From positions 2,190,001 through 2,222,000 of the forward strand of contig CAWJMG010000003.1 of the NCBI GenBank assembly GCA_963843975.1: a stretch of 32,000 nucleotides of DNA, written 5' to 3'. The position numbers and the translations under genes were made by a program. Shown here piece after piece: positions 24,780 to 32,000 of the stretch. The stretch is from an uncultured Actinomycetes bacterium (GTDB lineage: Bacteria; Actinomycetota; Actinomycetes; S36-B12; CAIYMF01). The notes beneath the pieces are model-generated. The model was not told where the DNA came from. It saw only the letters and a program-made list of their open reading frames with translations, and made no database searches. Every line of letters begins with the position of its first letter. The stretch's first letter is position 1.

Positions 24780-25860
24780 TGTACTCGGCCAGGACGTTGG
24801 TGACAGTCCGCGTGGCGGCTTGAACGAAGTGAAGACCCCCGATGCGGTGGGTGGTGTCTAAGCAACCGCCCGCACGGAGGTCTTCATGGCCCACGCTAAT
24901 GCCCGTCTGACGTTCCACGGCCGCTGCCTGCTGGTCCAGCGGGTCCGGTTCGACCGACGCCCGGTCTCCCACGTCGCGAAAGAGCTCGGCGTCTCCCGGC
25001 AGTGCGCGCACCGCTGGGTGGCCCGGTTCGACGCCGAGGGCTGGGCCGGCCTGCACGACCGGTCGAGCCGACCAGCGTCGATGCCTCGCCGGACCGCCGA
25101 GCGGGTCGAGGCCGCCGTTGTGCTGGCCCGTCAGGAGCTGCGGGCCGGGCCGGGGTTCATCGCGGCCGCGACCGGGGTCTCGGAACGGACCGTGACCCGG
25201 ATCCTGCGCCGGGCGGGGATGCCCCGGCTGGCCGAGTGCGACCCACTGACCGGGCAGGTGATCCGGGCCTCGCGGCAGACGTTCCAACGCTATGAGCGCG
25301 ACCACCCGGGCGCGCTGATCCACGTGGACGTCAAGAAGCTCGGCCGCATCCCCGACGGCGGCGGCTGGCGCGCCAACGGCCGCGGCCCACGGCCGGGCAG
25401 CAAGCGCGGCCCCGGGTTCGACTACGTCCACTCCGCGGTCGACGACCACTCCCGGCTGGCCTATTCCGAGATCCACCCGGACTCCCAGGGCGCCACCTGC
25501 GCCGGGTTCCTGACCCGGGCTGTGGAGTTCTTCGCCGGCCACGGCGTCACCGTCGAGCAGGTGATCACCGACAACGCCAAGGAGTATCTGCTCTCGCACG
25601 CGTTCCGGGACGCCGCCGCCACCCACGGCATCACCCAGCTATTCATCCGGCCGCACTGCCCATGGCAGAACGGCAAGGTCGAACGGTTCAACCGCACGCT
25701 GCAGGTCGAGTGGGCCTACCGGCAGGTCTTCCTCAACAACGACCAGCGCTCAGACGCTCTGGCACCCTGGCTCGAGCACTACAACCACCGACGCCCCCAC
25801 ACCGCCCTCGGAGGCAAGCCGCCGATCAGCCGGGTGTCACCAACGTGACGGCCGAGTACA
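24780..25860 (+). mobile_element. Intact IS481-family insertion sequence (1081 bp)
   Basis: Terminal inverted repeats TGTACTCGGCCaggACGTTGGTGACA (24780..24805) and the complement of TGTCACCAACGTgacGGCCGAGTACA (25835..25860) match at 23 of 26 positions. It carries a single rve-type transposase ORF and is flanked by a direct CCTAGG duplication. An NCTAGN target with 6-bp duplication is the known IS481 behaviour. Confidence 0.92.
24886..25848 (+). CDS. IS481-family DDE transposase (HTH + rve integrase core)
   Basis: 320 aa, ATG at 24886 with a GGAGG RBS: MAHANARLTFHGRCLLVQRVRFDRRPVSHVAKELGVSRQCAHRWVARFDAEGWAGLHDRSSRP...HPGALIHVDVKKLGRIPDGGGWR...GFDYVHSAVDDHSRLAYSE...RPHCPWQNGKVERFNRTLQVEWAY...YNHRRPHTALGGKPPISR. 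The stop codon lies inside the right IR. Confidence 0.93.
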   Translation: MAHANARLTFHGRCLLVQRVRFDRRPVSHVAKELGVSRQCAHRWVARFDAEGWAGLHDRSSRPASMPRRTAERVEAAVVLARQELRAGPGFIAAATGVSERTVTRILRRAGMPRLAECDPLTGQVIRASRQTFQRYERDHPGALIHVDVKKLGRIPDGGGWRANGRGPRPGSKRGPGFDYVHSAVDDHSRLAYSEIHPDSQGATCAGFLTRAVEFFAGHGVTVEQVITDNAKEYLLSHAFRDAAATHGITQLFIRPHCPWQNGKVERFNRTLQVEWAYRQVFLNNDQRSDALAPWLEHYNHRRPHTALGGKPPISRVSPT

Positions 25861-25866
25861 CCTAGG
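25861..25866. repeat. Right copy of the 6-bp target-site duplication (CCTAGG)
   Basis: See the left copy. Confidence 0.9.
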
Positions 25867-25911
25867 CGAGCCGGACGCGCGGCTACGCCCTCGGCGAAGT
25901 TCGCGACGCGC

Positions 25912-25929
25912 GGTCCCGCTGACGGGACC
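25912..25929. promoter_or_regulatory. Inverted repeat GGTCCCG-N4-CGGGACC upstream of korA (possible operator or small hairpin)
   Basis: Perfect 7-bp arms about 130 nt upstream of the korA GTG, flanked by GCGCGC runs. Seen directly. Any function is speculative. Confidence 0.25.
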
Positions 25930-26055
25930 CGTGCGCGCGAAAGGGGGCATCACGCGGGAGGATGGTGACTCGTACGACCGGGCCTGCCCGGCCGTCGTCC
26001 CAGCACCACTCCCCAGGAGCGCCGGCGCACCCGGCCGCAGCAAGGCGAGGACACC

Positions 26056-27904
<1,849 letters not shown>

Positions 27905-27912
<8 letters not shown>

Positions 27913-28963
27913 GTCCGTCGATCTGGGCTTCCCGTCGCTGAAGCTCGTCCCGAAGACGGACGAGAAGCAGTCGGCGAAGGACTTCAAGACCGACCAGGAG
28001 GTGCGCTGGTGCCCCGGGTGCGGCGACTACGCGATCCTGGCCGGCGTCCAGAGCTTCATGCCCGAGCTCGGCCTCGCCAAGGAGAACATCGTCTGGATCT
28101 CCGGCATCGGCTGCTCGAGCCGCTTCCCGTACTACATGAACACGTTCGGGATGCACTCGATCCACGGCCGTGCCCCGGCCATCGCCTCGGGCCTCGCGAT
28201 CACCCGCCCGGACCTCTCGGTCTGGGTCGTCACCGGTGACGGCGACGCGCTCTCCATCGGCGGCAACCACCTGATCCACGCGCTGCGCCGCAACGTGAAC
28301 CTCAAGATCCTGCTGTTCAACAACCGGATCTACGGCCTCACCAAGGGCCAGTACTCGCCCACGTCCGAGGTCGGCAAGGTCACGAAGTCGACGCCCATGG
28401 GCTCGCTGGACCACCCCTTCAACCCGGTCTCGCTCGCGCTCGGCGCCGAGGCGTCGTTCGTCGCGCGCACGATCGACTCCGACCGCAAGCACCTCACCGA
28501 GACGCTGCGCCAGGCGGCGCTTCACGACGGCACGGCGCTGGTCGAGATCTACCAGAACTGCAACATCTTCAACGACGGTGCGTGGGACCCGCTGAAGGAC
28601 TCCGACCACCGCGACCAGCTCACGCTGCGCCTCGAGCACGGCAAGCCGATCACGCTGGTCGACGGCACCCGCGGCGTGATCCGCAACGCCGACGGCGGTC
28701 TCGAGATCGCCGACGTCGCCGAGGTGGGGCTCGACGCGATCGTCGTGCACGACTCCCACCGTCCCGACCCGTCGACGGCGTTCGCGCTGTCGCGGCTCTC
28801 GGACTCGGTCACGCTCGCCAACACGCCGATCGGCGTGTTCCGCGACGTGCCGCGCCCGTCGTACGACTCCACGTTCCAGGCCCAGCTCGCCACGGCCAAG
28901 GCCGCGGGCAACGCCGACCTGGGTGCGCTGCTCGCCGGCAGCGACACGTGGGAGATCGCCTGA
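27905..28963 (+). CDS. korB: 2-oxoglutarate:ferredoxin (acceptor) oxidoreductase subunit beta (TPP-binding)
   Basis: 352 aa, GTG at 27905 overlapping the korA stop by 8 nt: ...DQEVRWCPGCGDYAILAGVQSFMPELGL...ISGIGCSSRFPYYMNTFGMHSIHGRAPAIASGL...VVTGDGDALSIGGNHLIHALRRNVNLKILLFNNRIYGLTKGQYSPTS. Confidence 0.93.
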
Positions 28964-28985
28964 TCAGGCGGCACCTGCTCCACCC

Positions 28986-29020
28986 GGGAGGCCCCGACCG
29001 CACGCCGGTCGGGGCCTCCC
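28986..29020 (+). terminator. Strong hairpin after korB
   Basis: GGGAGGCCCCGACCG-cacgc-CGGTCGGGGCCTCCC: perfect 15-bp stem, 22 nt after the korB stop. Confidence 0.75.
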
Positions 29021-29055
29021 GCACGTCCAGGCGGCTGACGGCCATGCGCAGCCTT

Positions 29056-29200
29056 GTCGGGGGTGTCGGCGTCATTCGGGCCGGGGTTTCTCCGCCCTCC
29101 CGGCCCGGATGATGCCGCCCCCGACCCAACGCGGGGGTGTCGGCGTCTTTCGGGCCGGGGTTTCTTTGCTCTCCCGGCCTGGAAGATGCCGACGCCCCCG
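29056..29200 (+). repeat. Two tandem copies (74-bp period) of a ~70-nt extended-hairpin element
   Basis: Copy 1 spans 29056..29125 and copy 2 spans 29132..29200. Both start CGGGGGTGTCGGCGTC.TTCGGGCCGGGGTTTCT and end CCCGGCC.GGA.GATGCCG(ACG)CCCCCG. Copy 2 folds into a continuous 28-bp helix with a 13-nt loop. Copy 1 is the same with a 3-nt bulge. Confidence 0.9.
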
Positions 29201-29293
29201 CCACCCCATCGTGAGGGGCGACCGCCGACGGCCGTCTCGGCTGGCGAATGGGGAGAGCGGCGGGAGAGCCGGACGGCGTACCGTGACGGAGCG

Positions 29294-30268
29294 ATGAGCG
29301 ACTCCCCCAGCACCCCGGCCGAGGCCGCGCGCGCCAGCCACCGGCTGGGCCTGCTGCTCGGCATCGGCGCGTACGCGCTCTGGGGGCTCTTCCCGCTCTA
29401 CTTCCCGCTGCTCAAGCCCGCGTCGCCGCTCGAGGTGCTCGCCGACCGGTTCGTGTGGTCGTTCGTCTTCCTCGCGCTGATCATGACGGTGACGCGGTCG
29501 TGGTCGCGCATGCGCGACGTGCTGCACAACCGCCGCGTGATGCTCATGCTGATCGCCGCAACGTTCCTGATCTCGGTCAACTGGGGCGTCTACATCTGGG
29601 CGGTCAACAACAACCACGTCGTCGAGGCCTCGCTCGGCTACTTCATCAACCCCCTCGTCGTGGTTCTCACCGGCACGCTCCTGCTCGGCGAGCGGCTGAG
29701 GCCGCTGCAGTGGACGGCCGTCGGGATCGCGGCGGTCGCCGTCGCGGTGCTCACCCTCGGGTACGGCTCCGTGCCCTGGGTCGCACTGGCACTGGCGTTC
29801 TCGTGGGCCGGCTACGGCCTGGTGAAGAAGCTCGCCGGCGTCGACCCGGTCGCGAGCCTCACCGTGGAGACGGCGTACGGCACGCCCTTCGCCCTCGCCT
29901 TCCTCGTGTGGCTCTCGACGCAGGGCACGCTGGTGTTCGGCCACTCGTCGACGGCCAACACGCTGCTGCTCATGATGACCGGCGTCGTGACGGCGATCCC
30001 GCTCGTGCTGTTCGGCGCCGCGACCAACCGTGTGCCGCTGTCGACGATCGGCGTGCTGCAGTACCTCACGCCGAGCCTGCAGTTCCTGCTCGGCATCTTC
30101 GTGTTCGGCGAGCAGATGCCGGCCTCGCGCTGGGTCGGCTTCGCGATCGTGTGGGTCGGGCTCATCGTCTTCACGTGGGACAGCCTGCGCAACGGCCAGG
30201 CCAACCGCGCCGGACGCCGGGCCGAGGAGTCCGACGGCGTGCACGAGGGCGTCACCGAGCCGGCCTGA
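29294..30268 (+). CDS. rarD: EamA/RarD-family (DMT superfamily) transporter
   Basis: 324 aa from the ATG at 29294: MSDSPSTPAEAARASHRLGLLLGIGAYALWGLFPLYFPLLKPASPLEVLADRFVWSFVFLALIM...VNWGVYIWAVNNNHVVEASLGYFINPLVVVLTGTLLLGERLRPLQW... About 10 TM helices with RarD-type motifs. The track ORF from 29054 is an extension through the repeat. Confidence 0.88.
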   Translation: MSDSPSTPAEAARASHRLGLLLGIGAYALWGLFPLYFPLLKPASPLEVLADRFVWSFVFLALIMTVTRSWSRMRDVLHNRRVMLMLIAATFLISVNWGVYIWAVNNNHVVEASLGYFINPLVVVLTGTLLLGERLRPLQWTAVGIAAVAVAVLTLGYGSVPWVALALAFSWAGYGLVKKLAGVDPVASLTVETAYGTPFALAFLVWLSTQGTLVFGHSSTANTLLLMMTGVVTAIPLVLFGAATNRVPLSTIGVLQYLTPSLQFLLGIFVFGEQMPASRWVGFAIVWVGLIVFTWDSLRNGQANRAGRRAEESDGVHEGVTEPA

Positions 30269-30343
30269 TCCGGTCCGACGCACTATCGGGATCCCGGGCG
30301 CTGCGTCCCCACTCATGGAAGCCTGGGCACCTCATGCGATGGG

Positions 30344-31000
30344 GTGCTGATGGGCGGGCAGGCTGTGGTGGCCGCGCTAGCAGCGTGTGCCGCGCTGACC
30401 GCGTGCACCTCGCTCCCCGGCACCTCGGCGCCCCGACCGACAGCGGTCGTGAGCACGTCCGCCGCCGACCCCTACGGCTTCGCCTCGGTGCCGTGGCCCG
30501 CCGACGAGGATGCCGCGACGGCGTGGCTCGACCGGCTGCCGGCCGAGGTCGAGAGCATGACCAAGGTGGGCGGAGAGCGCGTCAGCAGCGGCTTCGACTT
30601 CGTCGTGTACCGCTCGGGTCCGGAGAGCGACGACCGCAGCGTGAGCTGGTCTGTCGACGACCTCGGCGCCGTCAACTCGCTCATGGCGACGCTCGACGTC
30701 GGCGACGGCACCGTGCCGTGCGAGCAGTGGCAGTCGTCGCCGTCGCTCGCATCGCTGGGTGGCAAGGCCGGGGAGTCACTGCGCACGGCCCAGCTCGCCC
30801 TGCCCGAGACGCTGCCGGAGACCGTGCCGTGGTGGACGTGCACGTTCACCCACGACGACCTCGGGGAGCCGCTCGACCGGGCCGACTGGGAGTGGTACGC
30901 CACCTGGGGCTCCGGCACCCGCGCGTTCGCCGTCTCGACCGGTGACGAGGCCGAGCGCGACGCCCTGATCCGAGCAGCCGTCCAGGCTGCCGCCAGCTGA
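30344..31000 (+). CDS. Hypothetical secreted lipoprotein
   Basis: About 216-218 aa (GTG at 30344 or ATG at 30350). The N-terminus MGGQAVVAALAACAALTAC|TS has a hydrophobic signal and a lipobox-like LTAC. I recognise no family for the remainder. Its codon pattern resembles neighbouring genes. Confidence 0.5.
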   Translation: MLMGGQAVVAALAACAALTACTSLPGTSAPRPTAVVSTSAADPYGFASVPWPADEDAATAWLDRLPAEVESMTKVGGERVSSGFDFVVYRSGPESDDRSVSWSVDDLGAVNSLMATLDVGDGTVPCEQWQSSPSLASLGGKAGESLRTAQLALPETLPETVPWWTCTFTHDDLGEPLDRADWEWYATWGSGTRAFAVSTGDEAERDALIRAAVQAAAS

Positions 31001-31016
31001 GGCAGGTGCGGAGAAG

Positions 31017-32000
31017 TCAGACGGAGCGGTCGACGACGACGTCGCACATCATCGAGAGCGCGTCGGTCACCGGGCCGGCGGGCAGCGGCGCCAGCTCGGC
31101 GCGGGCGGCCTCGGTCCAGCGGACGAGCTCGGCGCGGGCCTCGGCCATGGCGGGCGAGCTGCGCAGCAGGCCCAGCGCCTCAGCGTGCAGGTCGTCGTCG
31201 ACGAGCGGCTCGGCGAGCAGCCCGCGCAGGCGGGCGCCCTCGGGGTCGGTGCCGCGCAGGGCGAGCAGCACCGGAAGCGTGCGGATGCCCTCGCGCAGAT
31301 CGGTGCCGGGCGTCTTGCCCGACTCCTCCGACTCGCTCGCGATGTCGAGGAGGTCGTCCGAGAGCTGGAATGCGACGCCGAACTTCTCGCCGTACGCCGA
31401 GATCGCCTCGGCCACGCTATGCGGGGCGCCCGAGGTCATGGCACCCATGCGGCCGGCGGCGGCGATGAGCGAGCCGGTCTTGCCACCCAGCACGTCGAGG
31501 TGGTGGACGACGGGGTCCTCGCCCTCGGCCGGGCCGACGGTCTCGCGGATCTGGCCGGTGCAGAGACGCTCGAACGTGCGCGCCTGAAGCCGCACGATGT
31601 CGGTGCCGAGGTCGGCGGCGATGTCGGCCGCGCGGGCGAAGAGGAAGTCGCCGGTGAGGATCGCGACGGTGTTGTCCCAGCGCGCGTTGGCACTCGGGGC
31701 ACCGCGGCGCAGTGGCGCCTCGTCCATCACGTCATCGTGGTACAGAGTCGCGAGGTGCGTCAGCTCGGCCACGACGGCGCCGGGCACGTTGCCCGGGGCG
31801 TCGGCGTCGCCGTACTGCGACGCGACGAGGGCGAGCAGCGGACGGAAGCGCTTGCCGCCCGCGTTCACCAGGTGGCTCGACGCCACGGTGACGAACGGGT
31901 ACTCGCTCGTCACGGCCTTGCGCAGCGCGACCTCGACGTCGTCGAGACCGGTGCGCAGGCGGTCCGCGAGGGCGTCGTCGACGTGCGACAGCCCGAACGG
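31017..32000 (-). CDS. Polyprenyl diphosphate synthase (trans-isoprenyl, GrcC/HepT-like), 5'-partial (start lies beyond the window end)
   Basis: The frame is open to position 32000 (PFGLSHVDDALADRLRTGLDDVEVALRKAVTSEYPFVTVASSHLVNAGGKRFRPLL...). First DDxxD motif in LATLYHDDVMDEA and second in FQLSDDLLD. Stop at 31017. Confidence 0.9.
   Translation of the reverse strand, partial: PFGLSHVDDALADRLRTGLDDVEVALRKAVTSEYPFVTVASSHLVNAGGKRFRPLLALVASQYGDADAPGNVPGAVVAELTHLATLYHDDVMDEAPLRRGAPSANARWDNTVAILTGDFLFARAADIAADLGTDIVRLQARTFERLCTGQIRETVGPAEGEDPVVHHLDVLGGKTGSLIAAAGRMGAMTSGAPHSVAEAISAYGEKFGVAFQLSDDLLDIASESEESGKTPGTDLREGIRTLPVLLALRGTDPEGARLRGLLAEPLVDDDLHAEALGLLRSSPAMAEARAELVRWTEAARAELAPLPAGPVTDALSMMCDVVVDRSV

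Noticed and set aside
24780-25860. The idea that the IS deleted the missing nuoD-nuoH genes and left a truncated nuo operon.
   Set aside because: The IS is flanked by an intact 6-bp direct duplication (CCTAGG), the signature of a simple insertion without adjacent deletion. nuoD would also be expected between nuoC and nuoI, not upstream of nuoB.
29056-29200. The tandem repeat as a possible CRISPR array.
   Set aside because: There are only two copies, directly adjacent (6-nt gap) with no spacer-sized unique segments. The units are about 70 nt, longer than CRISPR repeats. No cas genes are nearby.

Overview
Very high-G+C chromosomal window with Actinomycetota-type gene order. I cannot name the genus from sequence alone.

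Positions 1 to about 22.6 kb hold the conserved translation/transcription super-locus, almost all on the minus strand. In transcription order it reads:
- tRNA-Tyr, tRNA-Thr, tRNA-Met, rpmG
- an MFE-2-like SDR plus two MaoC hot-dog genes (the position held by hadABC in mycobacteria)
- murB
- a small acidic protein plus SHOCT pair
- aspC, on the plus strand
- tRNA-Trp, secE, nusG, rplK, rplA, rplJ, rplL, rpoB, rpoC
- a small DUF4190-type membrane protein
- rpsL, rpsG and fusA (fusA runs off the window start)

Positions 22.6 to 32 kb are more variable:
- yajQ
- an orphan, translationally coupled nuoB-nuoC-nuoI-like operon with no nuoD or membrane subunits
- an intact 1081-bp IS481-family element with a CCTAGG target-site duplication, sitting in the divergent promoter region
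- korA-korB (2-oxoglutarate:ferredoxin oxidoreductase)
- two tandem ~70-nt near-perfect hairpin repeats
- rarD, a putative lipoprotein, and a 5'-truncated polyprenyl diphosphate synthase

Main second-look items:
1. The NuoBCI-like mini-module and its pairing with KorAB.
2. The IS481 insertion 45 nt upstream of that module.
3. The tandem structured repeat between korB and rarD, which shows a compensatory substitution and strand-specific G-U pairs.
4. Ten single-base indels that break otherwise perfectly conserved genes: 8 clustered in fusA, 1 in rpoC, 1 in the SDR. They look like sequence or assembly errors rather than decay, but this needs read-level checking.

I saw no CRISPR array, prophage, recognisable defence system or biosynthetic cluster.
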